A stretch of 62,738 nucleotides of DNA, counting the filler, from Folioceros fuciformis (lineage: Eukaryota), in assembly GCA_049999805.1 (NCBI GenBank). It is 3 parts of one record of this genome, joined end to end, with 100 filler letters (N's around TTAATTAATTAA, not from the genome) between each part and the next. Parts side by side here need not be neighbours in the genome. Positions count along the whole stretch, not along the records: positions 19,226 to 43,888 come from JBNGIO010006268.1; positions 43,989 to 62,738 come from JBNGIO010006268.1; 1 more part is not named here. One strand, written 5' to 3'. The notes below the pieces were generated by a model that was not told the origin of the DNA, searched no databases, and saw only the letters and a list, made by a program, of their open reading frames with translations. Positions 39,061-51,200 of this stretch are shown piece by piece; positions within the stretch are counted from its first letter, which is position 1, and every line of letters begins with the position of its first letter. The position numbers and the translations under genes were made by a program.

Positions 39061-42000
39061 ATGTTTTTCATGGCCGACGAGCCCGCTGACGGGCAGCAGA
39101 AGCGCTCTTCCACGTCCCTGCTGCAGCTCGGGGAGTCCATCCAGTCCCTCCTTGGCTCCAAGAGCGATTTGACCTTCACCTGGGCCGAGTCCGTAAGGCT
39201 CATCATCGAGGACCAGTACGCTCCCTCGTCGTCGCCTCCTAGTCCGCAGAGCGAAGGCGGGTTGTCGCCCACCGAGCCCGAGGGGTTCTCGGCCTCCAAC
39301 GAGCGGCTGGAAGGTGGGTTTGTCGAAGGAGCTCAGGGCCGCTTGTTGGGCTGGTGAAATGGAAATGCAGCTTTTGTGGGCTCACTGTCATTGTCGTCCT
39401 TGTTGCAGCCGAGCTTCGGAAGTTGAGGGCGGCATTGAATGCATCCAGTGTGAAGCGGAGGGCAACGCTGAACCGGTACCTGGATCTTAAAGGTGGGTGA
39501 AGTGTCCGTCTGTTTCCTCGCTGCCGGTGCGGGTGGTGGATCCCCAGGCCGGGGGCGGATGATGATGGGAGTGGATTCGGGTGGTGTTTGCAGGGAATAT
39601 CAGAGTGTTTTGTCGAGTGAGGCCTTTGCTGCCCAACGAACGTCGGGCTAGGACTGGGCCTCTTGTCACTCCTGACGCTGACAAGGTCATCATCCCTGCG
39701 CCGGGGAAGGCGGCCAAAGACTTCCAATTTGACAGAGTGTTTGATCCTGTGGCACCTCAAGGTGAGTGAGCTACCTCCTCTGCCAGGCCTGGGCCAGCAT
39801 GACGGAGACTGGCTGGCGCAGTTTCAGAGCCTGGGTTGGTTTTCATTCCTACTCCGTCTTGCTGGTAGATGACGTCTTCTCCGAGGTGCAGCCCATCATA
39901 CAGTCGGCGCTGGATGGGCACAATGTGTGCATTTTCGCGTACGGGCAAACTGGCACTGGGAAGACCTTCACCATGGTACGTCTAGCTAGCGTTGTCCCGG
40001 CTGGGCTGCTGGCGAGATCTAGGTTGACTGATGCCTGCTGCGAGAGTGCGGAATGTAGTGTTGATGGATTGGGTTGCCTTTCTGCGATGGCAGGAGGGAA
40101 ACAAGGATTGTCCGGGGGTTGTACCTCGCACATTGGAGCAGCTCTTTATCGAAGCGTCCAAGGAGAGCGATGCCCAATTTAGCTACTCCCTAAGCATGCT
40201 GGAAGTCTACATGGGCTCCTTGCGAGATCTGCTGGTTCCTCGCCGTACCCGGATCAATGACCCTCCTCCTAAGTGGTAGGACTCGTCGTATGTGCATTCC
40301 TCGCACACACCCGCACCTGCTGAATGATAGGATGGGAAATGACCGCTTTCGATGTTGTCTTCCTTCCTGTGAGCAGCCTGTCAATCCAGATGGGTCCAAC
40401 GGGGTTCATTGAAGTGGAGAACCTTTCGGAGCTTCCTGTCTCCGATTTCCAGCAAGCCAAAAGGCTATACCACATCGGAAGTCGAACTAGATCCACGTCC
40501 TGGACTAATGCCAATGAGGCTTCTAGCAGGTCTCACTGGTGAGTGAGGTCGTGATGCATCGTCTTTCGGCACACACACATTCGACTTCGCTTTGCAGGCC
40601 AGGGGTCAGCGTGTCTTGACTCTGGAGTATCTCGTGTTGCAGCCTCCTGCGAATCAGCATAACCTGCAACTATCCAGATGGCAGTAAGACCAACAGTAAG
40701 ATGTGGCTCATCGATCTGGGAGGTAGTGAGCGACTGCTGAAGACTCAAGCTAAGGGCCAGACTCTACAGGAAGGAAAGTCCATCAACATGTCACTCTCAG
40801 CGCTTTGTGACGTTATCAGTGCGCTGCAAAGGAAGCAGCCACACGTGCCCTTCAGGTATGGGCTTGGAATGGGGTTGTTGTTGGCATCGGGCTTAATGCT
40901 GCTTGTGCTTGTGTTGGCGCTGCTGGAAGAGTCAGAGCTTAGCTGCTCAAACTTTGCCCTCTGTTATGCATGCAGGAATAGCAAACTGACGCAAATTCTT
41001 CAAGATTCCTTGGGTGCGTCTGCTGGTCTACTGAGCCCACGCTGACTCAACGTTTTCCCAGCTCTGTTAAGCGCACTAAGATCTTGGTGAAATTGCAGGC
41101 GAGGACTCCAAAACCATCATGTTGGTGCATGTGAGTCCGAAGCAAGATGATTTGGGTGAGACTGCTTGCTCTCTGGCTTTCGGTAAGAGAGCCAAGGGTG
41201 TCAATCTGGGAAGGGAGCTCACGGCGGTAAGCACAGTGCTTGAATTGAGCATCCAGTCTTGCTTCTGCGATGCACAAAATGAAGTAAAGAAATTGCTCAC
41301 CAGACCCATGTGCTCCACCTTTCCAGGCCGAAAAGGAAGAGAAAGAAGCAGCCATGGCTGAACTGCTGAAGCAAATCAAGTCTTACCAGAGTGAGTGCCA
41401 GAAGATCAGTGAAAGGATCCAGAAAGTCGAGGCCAAGATTCAAGAGAACCACGACCGAGCAGCGAAGGAAGCAGCAGCTGCGGAACGCAGGGCAAAAGAG
41501 GAGGAGCTGGCGAGGCAGGAAGCTTCCGCAGCAAAGCTGCAGAAGGAGCAGGAAATGCAAGAACTGTTGGCCAGTCAGGAAATCGCTGCCGCACTTGAGC
41601 AAGAAGAGACAATCGAGGCCAGTCCGGAACCGATCGGTACAGAGGCTGTGTCTGAGCACGAGGAGCTCCGACCTGCCACTCCTGTCGAAGATGAAGTCAT
41701 CCGTGAGACTCCCAAAGTTCCCCCGCCTATCAGAGTGAGAACGTCCTTGGCCGCCATTGCAGAACCTGAGCATCATGCGAAAACTGTGCCAGCAGCCAGA
41801 GCGGTGATGACTCCTGCATCTCTCCCAAGGTTCATGACTCCAACCGCCAGCAGCCGGAGGAAGCATCGGTTTGGATCAGAGGACTTCGACACGCTGCTTG
41901 CAGGCACGGGGGAAAAAGTGCTCAAGATCGAAGAGAAGAGCGCAACCCATCTCAGGAAAGCTTTCGGGTGCAAGTTTACAGACTTGAATCTGAGCGGCGC

Positions 42001-42487
42001 CAGCAGCTCTGTGGTGAAGCTGGAAAGAAGGCACACCATCGAGACTGAGAGGAGAGTCAGTCTGGACCCACAATCCAAGCACTGGCAGAGGATCAGAGAG
42101 AACATCCTTCCGTCTCCCGGCAAGACGAATGCTGCAGGCTTGGACGCAAAACCTCAACACAGGGTCCGACACTCGTCAGATGAAGCAGTCCTCCGATCTC
42201 ACCACTACAACATGGCCGAGCAGTTTCATGCTCCCGTTACGGATTCTAGCAAGCCGTCGCTGCGGCCGTCCAGAAGCAACTCCATGAGACACTTCCAAGC
42301 GGGCTTCTCGGTGAGACCAGACCAGAGGGAGTTTCCCACGGCAGCTGAGAACGCGAGAAGCAGCTTCACCAGGAACGAGAAGGTGGAGAAGCCGGCGACA
42401 TCGAATTTCACCAAACCGAGCAACAAAGGGCAGAGACGGTGGACGTTGGAGTGCAGCAGCAAGTTGCCCTACAACAGGCGAGTCTGA
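39061..42487 (+). CDS. Kinesin-14 family motor (KIN14T/U-like), multi-exon
   Basis: [15 protein letters not shown] neck, [15 protein letters not shown]-loop, [34 protein letters not shown], coiled coil and [10 protein letters not shown] tail motif. Confidence 0.93.
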
Positions 42488-43080
42488 AATGGAGTTGGTG
42501 TGTTGTCTTCTATTCCTGCCATCTTCGAGGGCACAAATCTGCAAGCATTGTCTGGTGGATGTCTGGATTAGCCCTGACAGACCTTAGAAAAGTAAGGTAT
42601 GTCTGGGGGTCATGAGGTGTCTTGTTTTGCGCCGAGGACAGGCAGATGAAATTCTCTTGCCTGTCTCCCTCGACGATGTCCTTCCCAATAAGGAACTGCT
42701 CAGAAGAATGTGTCGAACATTTACTGTTGTTTCACTGCCTCGTCCTGAACCTGGAAGCGGAAGTTTCTGTGAAAGCATGGGATGACGTGCACGTTGTTCT
42801 CGGGATGCTTGCAATGAGGTGCAGAAGCCGTTAAAAGCCAAATCTAGCAAGCCCAGTTCGTTCCAGTGGTTGGCAATCTGCACTACCAAAAATGCCTCGG
42901 GAAATCCTCTTCTAGAATGTTTGGCGTTGTTCCAAGCGTCATTCCTACCATCTCATGGTTTTTTTGACTGTTTCAAAGACCTACGTAATGCCACAATGTG
43001 CCGCCCTGAATGTAGTAGGTAGCATGGTGATTCGCCTTCTAACTCAACTCACACAGTCCAAAGAGCGCAGAACAAGATGA

Positions 43081-43888
43081 TCACGTGAGATACGGTTGCA
43101 GAGTCTGTCTGGCTTGTTGCAAGGGGCCCGAGATGGTATCCCAGGCCTCCTCCCCTTGGAACAAAGTGTAGGTGAAGTAGGGCTTGTGGCCCTTCCTGAC
43201 GGACAGCTTCACAGTCTCCATGAAGTGGCCGAAATCCTCTTCCGTCGCTATCACCTGACGAACAACAGAAGCAGGCTTGGGCAACCACGAAGACCAGAAC
43301 AGAACCACCAACAACGACACCCAACACCCAACAAGACAGAAAGGGAAAGGACAGCAACCTGACATCCCGCCGAATACTTCTCCACCATGTCCGTATACTT
43401 GGTCAGCAGGAACTTGTACTCCGCTGTATCCTTGATCCCAGCGTGATGTATGTTCACACCAAACAGGCCCTCATCGTCGAAACTGCCACGCCAGAGCATC
43501 TGCACCAGCATGAGCAACAGGTACGAGCAGCCAAACCCCACCCACTGCCGCAGGACGATCACCTTCACCTCACCCCACACCACCCCACCTTCCAGGCTCT
43601 CCGAAATCAAGCTTCCCATCCCTGTCGTAGTCTCTCCACACCTTCACAGGGCGCTCCTGCACCAGAGCCTCGTACTTCCCATTGTGCAGGCCCACCTGAC
43701 AAGCAACAAGCCCACCAACACAGGATCAGTCCTTGCCTTTCTCCTCCTCCCAATCCTCCTAGCGCGACAAACAGTACCTGATAGGCATGCACATACTGCC
43801 CAGGACAGAGAATCGCCGTGCCCCCGGGCCCCCCCCACCCCATTGTCAGCCATGCCCTGCCAGGATCCACCGAGGCCGTGTAGCTCGT
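43081..43888 (-). CDS. Bacterial/phage-like YkuD-type L,D-transpeptidase/endopeptidase homologue with spliceosomal introns (5' truncated at contig end)
   Basis: Exons 43888-43778, 43695-43589, 43482-43359, 43254-43081 splice in frame through GT-AG introns: ..SVDPG..GTAILCPGQY..VGLHNGKYEALVQERPVKVWRDYDRDGKLD..GLFGVNIHHAG..VEKYSAGCQVIA..DFGHFM..FTYTLF. Confidence 0.75.
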
Positions 43889-43988
43889 NNNNNNNNNNNN
43901 NNNNNNNNNNNNNNNNNNNNNNNNNNNNNNNNTTAATTAATTAANNNNNNNNNNNNNNNNNNNNNNNNNNNNNNNNNNNNNNNNNNNN
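43889..43988. other. Artificial contig linker N44-TTAATTAATTAA-N44
   Basis: TTAATTAATTAA at 43933-43944 within Ns. Confidence 0.97.
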
Positions 43989-44001
43989 CTCTGCTGAGCT
44001 C

Positions 44002-46528
44002 ATGGCTGAGATTTTGCATGGGTCGGGTAATGATAGTGGGACCTCACGGTATGAAGGTAAGGGGTTTTTGCGATGGGACACATTTGTGTCCCTCACTTTT
44101 CTCGGTGAGCGGGGAGTAGACGTAGCCAATGGGCATGGTGGAGATGCGACACCGGAACCTCCCAGGGCTGGTCACTTTGTGAATCCTTTTGAAGGCCGGA
44201 TCGCTCCACCCGGCGACCAAGTCTCCTGGGAAGATTCTGGTGAAAGACACAAAAGAGATCAGTCAACTGCTTGTCATGAGATCATGCCTCTTGAAGACAT
44301 GGGTTCTGCAGTGGAGACTCGAAGTGCACGTTTCAGCCAGGCGCAGGAATTGGAATACAGCAAACATTTTGAACTAGATATGGAGAGGGCGTTGGGTGAA
44401 CTGAGTCCAAAGATCCTTTCTGTATATGAAACTGGACGCTCTGAGCTAGACAAGGTTGGTGAAATGACTCCACCATTTCTCAGGAAATCACTGTCGTCCT
44501 TGTCTGATGGAAGTGATATACTGTCCTGTTTGTGGACATCCACTGAGAAAGCTGCAGCCAAAGCTAGACTCGCAGATGCAGAGTCAAATAGAACCCCGAG
44601 AAGTGATAGTCCTTCTAGCCGCAGGCAGATCTGGCCAGATTCTCCTAAAAGTCCACAGGTGAAAAAGAGTGCACCTCAACCTGCTGTAGATTTCTCCAGG
44701 CCTGTCTCCAGACCTCAAGATGCCAGATTGTGCCAAAGCCCGACCCCCCTCCCAGATGTCCCCTCGGTTGGACTGGCGGCTCTGTCCAAGAAAGCATCTG
44801 TGGCTCGAAAGGTTGTACTAGAGAGTCTTAGCAAGATGATTCCAGCAGATTGTATACTCCTCAGCGGAGGACTCGACACGTCCATATTAGCAGAGGGGGC
44901 GTCTTTGCTTCGTCCTGGGGCATTCAGGGTAGGTATCACTGTAATAGCAGGTAGCGCAGCAACAGATAGGCCATATGCTGAGGCCGTGGCCAAGCGGTGT
45001 GGAATGGAACATGTGGTCATCGGTGGAGCAGGGGAAGACAGTGCAATTGCTCTTCTGGAACAGGAGCTTGAGTTTGTTGTGAGGACTCTGAAGACATTCG
45101 ATCCCATGGAGGTAGGTTTCTTCATCTGGTTCCATTGTCTTGATATGGTTCCACTGGTTTTGCTGTTCCATATCCTTCCAGCTGCAGCTCTCTAAGTAGG
45201 CTTGCTCATTGCTTTCAGATTCGAAATTCTGTGGCCATTGCTGCTGCACTGCGAGAGGCAAAGCGCCGAGGCTTTACTTCTGTTGTCACTGGTGATGGTG
45301 CAGACGAGCTGTTTGCGGGGTGAGATGTCATCCCATGTTGTGCCGTGATTCTTTGTATGATGGCAAACATCGTTACCCTGGCTTAACATTCTCCATGTGT
45401 GCAGGTACAACTTCGTTCACTCCATGCCCGAAGAGAGGTTCAACAGTTACCAGAAGCATATCGTCAACGTCATGCAGTTCTCCTCGTTGCCACTAGGAGC
45501 GGCACTGGGGATTGAGGCAAGTTGACTTGCATGCTCCACCTCTGGCTTTATGGAATCCAAATCGGTTCTGAAGTTGCGATGATCGTCCTGATCCAGGTTC
45601 GTCAGCCGTATTTGCACCCTACGATTCGGAAGTATGCATCAAAGCTGTCTAGAACCGACCTGATCGCGGTTGCTGGGAACGGCTCAGACATTCACGGGAA
45701 GCTCATCTTGAGGCAAGCGTTCCCTGGAGTGTATTCTGCATGGAGGAGGAAGGACCCCATAGAGGTTGGAAATTCTTTACCCTAAAGCTCCGGCTACTTT
45801 CAAGGACAAGAGAATGAGTTCCGGAGTGAACTTTGTCCTTTCCCACATCTTGTACGAAGAAACGGAGCACGCATTGCTCATGTCACATCCTGTTGCTCTC
45901 CCTCACGTCAGTCCTTTCGAATAAGCTCTTGGTGATCAAACTCCGGTCTTATCAGTCGTCGGTGCTGACATTCGTGCTTTCGTGTCGTCCTGTCCAGGTG
46001 GGCTGTGGAACCGCAATTCTTCCAATTCTCTACTCGAAAAGGTTGACTCCGTCTTCTCTGCAAACCGCAGTGAAGCTCATCGAAAATCTGGACCATGTCC
46101 AGATCCGGGACGCCGAGCACCTCAACTACTACCTCACCTTCAAGCGGGTCTTCAAGGACAGCCCACCTCCAGGGACGACGAGGTGGGGTTCGGACCCGTG
46201 CTTCGCCTGCGGTTACCAGCTGTCATCCCCAGACCAAACGTTCTGTATGACCTGCGGACAGTTCCCTGCCAGAAAACCAGTACAGGGAGAAGTTGTTCCA
46301 CGCGGTACACATCCTGCGGCTTCTGCCCATTCCCGGTATCAGCCTAAAGCCAAACCACCGATCGAGCCCAACGGGGACGACAACAAAAGAAGGGAACCCC
46401 TATGGTGGGGTCTTGCCGCCACAACGGTTACTGTCCTTCTTTGGTCCCTGTTCCGTAGACGGCCCCAAAGACAGACAGGAGAGGAGGAAGACGAGGAAGC
46501 GGAACACGAAGAAGACGAAGAACTGTAG
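44002..46528 (+). CDS. Asparagine-synthase-domain (PP-loop) protein lacking the glutaminase domain, with C-terminal Zn ribbon and hydrophobic segment
   Basis: LLSGGLDTS, VVTGDGADELFAGY, VRQPYL, GKLILRQAF..WRRKDPIEVGCG; then CFAC..CMTC and WWGLAATTVTVLLWSLF. Starts 13 bp from the linker, so the 5' end may be incomplete. Confidence 0.85.
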
Positions 46529-48236
46529 TGAAATCTGGTAAGAAGGGATTCACGTCATGAGACTGAAGGCCATACGGATTTTCGTATGGCACCGAGGATA
46601 TTGAGTGTCGAGCTGGTGACTTGGAGAGGAGATGCAACTTCGCGCTGGTGGCATTGACGAATCAGACGCTGCAGCTACGTCTCAAGTCGCTCGAATGGGC
46701 AGGTAGGTTTTGTGTGAAGCAACAACAGCGGGGTGTAAAATCTTGTCAATCTCATGTACTTGTATGATACATTGTCCTGTATCATGTTTGTAACTCATAT
46801 TCTTGCATTGAGTCGAACTCGCTTTCTTCCCAGGTGTCTCACATTCTCTAGTGTAGGAAGGAAGCTTGAGCTGAGAACATAGCCTACCTTGCAATGCAAG
46901 AGAAGCAGTGGTAGAAGAAGAAGCCTTCATATATAAGTCCAGTTCACTAAGGAGGACTCCGTCATGGGACTGGTTAGTCTGTCCTACAGGAAGGGCGTAA
47001 GGAAAACTAAAGCACAAGAGTCTGTGGTCCTTGCTAACAGAGTAGACGCTTGCCTTGGCTTTCGGTGTGTAACAAGACCTACCCTTCCCTAACAAGCCAC
47101 GGGCTGAAGTGTGCCAAGGCAGGAACTAGTTGGCTAGCTCCCAGAGACAGGACACGCAGCATCAGTGCCGAAACATTAGAGACGCCATGATACAAACCAT
47201 CCATCCACACTTCACCGAAGGTGACATGGTCTCCACACGATCTTGCCTGCTCCGAACGCTTTAGGTCACAAAGAGACTAGTCCTGCGTATGAAATGAGGG
47301 TCCGAGGGAGGCGACCAGTGCCCGAATGGCATCCGACTAGAGCTTCCAGATTGGTTCGGCCTGGCTCCGCGATTAGAACAAGTCTCCTCTCCACGACATC
47401 CAGTAACGTTCGTAGTCCCGAACTGCTTCAATATCGCGCGTTTTTTGAACTTCCTGACCACTTCAAACTCATGTTCCTTGAGAGCTCGCAACAATCATAG
47501 CTAGTGCAGTTTCATCTCTCCCACCGGCTGCCTATTCACAGAAGAAAAAGGCAGTGAGGTCAGATGTTCCAAATCACGATGAGCACAAACTGTTACAGCA
47601 CAATCACAGCAGACGCGGACGGAATTTCTGAGTCAGGCATTGGAGCAATTTTCTCAAGCACACGTCCAGAATGTGTTTGGCAGAAGCCGCAGACTCGGGT
47701 GCTTGCAGCTGCTGTTTGGTTCCTCGTTCTCAAAAGTCAGGACCTACAGCCATATTGATCCGCGAGTTCGCGACCGATCGGAAGCTCCTTTGATTTCTAC
47801 GAGGGATACTGTTCTGGACTTCAAGAGAGTTCGCTCAGCTGCGTACATCGTTACGAAAAAACCTCGGCCGAAATACGACCCCCTTCTTCGATGAGCAAGT
47901 CTCTCCGTCATCGCCACGGCGTCGTCCGTTGAAGTGAAATGTAAGCAAACCTCGCGCGTTTCACGACCGGAGTCGAATCGGGAGAACATATGTACGTCCA
48001 AATAACTGGCATTCTGACGGATCGTGAAAATCGCGGGCGTGTCCGCTTGTTAACGGGAACAGGGGGAATGGCCGGGCACACCGGCCGTCGTCATCATCAC
48101 GGCCCCGTCTGCCGCCGCCAAGGTTTCTTCAAATTTGGAGCCCACGAGAGACGGCGATGGCCGACTCCAAGCTCTTTCCGGCATTCGTCAGGTGAGCTTC
48201 GGTGCGAATTCACCTCTGTGGGTGGGTGGAAACCTC

Positions 48237-51200
48237 ATGGCAACCACCAGGCAGCCTGGCGTCGGTACGCGACTATCTCGCAAGGCCGCCGAGCGCACAG
48301 CAATTGCAGTGGAGCATCTTGAGGGAATGGGCTTCGAGAAGGACGCGATCCTGGACGCACTTGCGGAACTGCGCAAGGTAGGTGGTGGCGGGGGTTTGCT
48401 TGTCGCGAAGAGACAGACAAAGGTAGGTGGTGGTCGGTGGTTTGCTTGTCTCAGAGAGACGGAGAATGCGTTTATTGTGGACTCCGCGTGTGGTGAGCAG
48501 GTCTATAAGGAGAGCGGCTGGGAATTCATCAAGCAGGACGAGTACTCGGTTGTTGTGGATAACATCCTGCACGGATCCACTGACAAGCACGTCGACAAGG
48601 TCTGTAGTCGGGGCGGGGCCGCCATGCTGAGCACGAGCAATAGCACCAGAACTTGCATGCTGGTACGTGTGGTTCTACGCTCGCACATATCGATATTACG
48701 TCGGCTTCTTGTTTGAGCGTGTGCAGGACTGTTCGCATTCTAAGCACGAGGGGGAATCAGGCCAATGTCTGGCTGCAAAGAATCTGCAGTCGGGGACCAG
48801 GAATTCGGTACCCGCCAGTGCATGCCAGTACGTGAAGCCGGGTGGTCGGGACAGTGCTGCGGGGGCCGGGTCGGGTGAGAAAGCAGGGGAGGATGAAGCG
48901 GAGGATTCGTTGCCGCTGGTGTATCAGCGCAAGAGACGAAGGGCAACTGGCGCGATTGCAAGTGCGTCTCCTCTTGCAGGCCGCCCGGAGGCTGCAGCAG
49001 ATCCTGTTAGGGCAGATCAGCAGGGGAGCCGGCATGTGGCTTCCCTCGACGGGGCTGAAGGTTGTGATGGTGCAGTCAAACGGGTGGGAGACTCTGAGCA
49101 GGCTCAGGCCAGGGGGAAGGGGAAACTCGGTACTAGGAGTAAGGTGAGGCCAGAGCCCAAGCCAAGGCCTAAGGCACTGCCCAAGCGCAAACCACAGCCC
49201 AAGCCAAACCCGGGGAAAGAGGCACCAACAGTGTCACAAACAAATGGAAAGTTAAACGCACATGCGAATGCTGGTGCACAAGGTGCAGAGGCTGCTGCAC
49301 CCTGGATCTCGAATGCTGGTGGTGCACGAGACGGAAGAACTGACGAGGCTCGGAGACCTCCGAGTTTGCCTTCACAGCAATTGGCTGGCATGAGAGTTGC
49401 CTTCGTTCCCCCCTTTTGTACGAATTCTGCTGACCCAAACGTGCCCCAGGCTCCAGTCGCTGCACGCGGGACGCCCAATTCGTGGAGACCTTGCTCAGGT
49501 GTGTGTTTGGATCACATTACCATGGATTGGAGTGTCCGTTTTCATGCTGGCAATGCTTAGCCTGTGTCAAACTGCTGACAGTTGGTGGATTCTTGTTCCC
49601 AGGTGTCGTACCAGCTTCAGGTCCCGTTGTGAATGTGAGTGAAGGAACTCCAGCACCGTTGTACAATAACGTGGATCTCGTTCCTATTGTTTCCCCTGCT
49701 AAGTTTCAGCTAATCTTGCCCAAGCCAGAACCTGGTCCAATTGTGGAAAGAGGAGTGTCGGCTCCTCCTGGGTTTTGCCCTCCTCCTGCGGTACAAAGTC
49801 CCTTGCCGCTACTGATCGGGGTGTGGGATGATTCGAAGTCCATCTACATACGTGGCAAGCTTGGTATGCCAACAGGTGCTTTGGATAGAATTGTGACAAA
49901 CATTCTGTCTGGCTTTCACTGGGTTCCCACCACCAGCAAACACTTCAGCATCCACCCTTTGCCAACTGACAGAGACGACGACGCCACTATATCTTTTGAG
50001 AGTGAAACGGCTGCATCCATTTTCCTGGATGCATGTACCGCTGAGCCTGAGAAGATGGTCTGGAATGGACATCAGTTGACGGCCAGGAAGTATGTGGTTC
50101 AAACTTCGAAAGGAGCACCTTGCATGGAGCACTTTCTAGGGCAGGTTATGCAGCGGCGCTTGCCCTCTTCAGCCACAGTCTTGGTGAGCAATGTTCCTCC
50201 AAACTGGCGGGATGCCACTGCACTCCGCAAATTTTTCGCAGACATAGTCGGCGATGGCCCTCCCAGGAACAGGGACTGCAATGAAGTTACAAAGCTGGTT
50301 CCAGGAGTGTATTCACAGCCAGAACTCCCAGATGTCTTCGTGCAACTTGCATCCGAGTCGCTTGCTGATGCTCTCTTCTACAGGTGTGGGACCAGAAATC
50401 CTCGCACCTTGGAGATATTGTCTAGCTCTACGTTCATCTGCCGTCATGCAACATTTGTCCCTTTACTGGCCTTCTGTCAGCCAACAAACCCGCAGGCAAC
50501 ACTGGAAGTTGTCAATCTGCCAAAGTCACCTGCTGATGTCCTAGGAGACCTTGAACAGGAAGTGAGAACGCTCTTGAAGAAGGCCACCGGCAGGAATTAC
50601 AAAGCAGAAGGGCTAAGGCGGGTCTCTTGGAGTCAAGGGCCAGAAAGCTCTAAGCGTCGAGTTTCATTACTCTTGGCCTCTCAAGAGCTTGCGGATGCCC
50701 TAATGGAGTTCTATGTTGACAATACAGCAGAGTTTAGTGCTAGCAGCGTCCCGCTCACCTTGACAAGGCATGGTGAATATGTCCGGCCTGGCGCCATCTA
50801 CGCAAGGGAGTGTTCCAAGGCTGAGGTAGGGTCTAACCAGATATCCAGAGAACCAGGTTTGGAGAAAAATACGAAGGATACAGAGAGCATCGTCTTCGTC
50901 AGAGGTTTGGGGAAAACCCTCACTCCAGCTCCTGTAACCGGAGCTCTAGCTGAAGCGTTCGAGGTGGCACTGGCACAGGCTGGTGTCCTTGAGAAAGGGA
51001 AGTGCATCTTAAAACATCTGGAATACGACGGAGGTGCAGATTTTGCCAAGGCTCAGCTGAGGAACTCAGCAGCTGTTACGGCCTTGGTATCCCTGACCAA
51101 GCCACTAGTACTCGCCGGCAATCAGCTGCTCATCGAGCCGTTCCATGTGACTGGTGCCACTACTTCCAACTGGGAGAACCAGCAGCCAATGCTGGCCCAT

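Noticed and set aside
38540-39299. Poly-Leu, poly-Gln and poly-Ala ORFs
   Set aside because: Products of a CTG/CTC microsatellite upstream of the kinesin gene.
46682-48000. Short ORFs between the synthetase-like and WIYLD genes
   Set aside because: No consistent splice structure or motif found.
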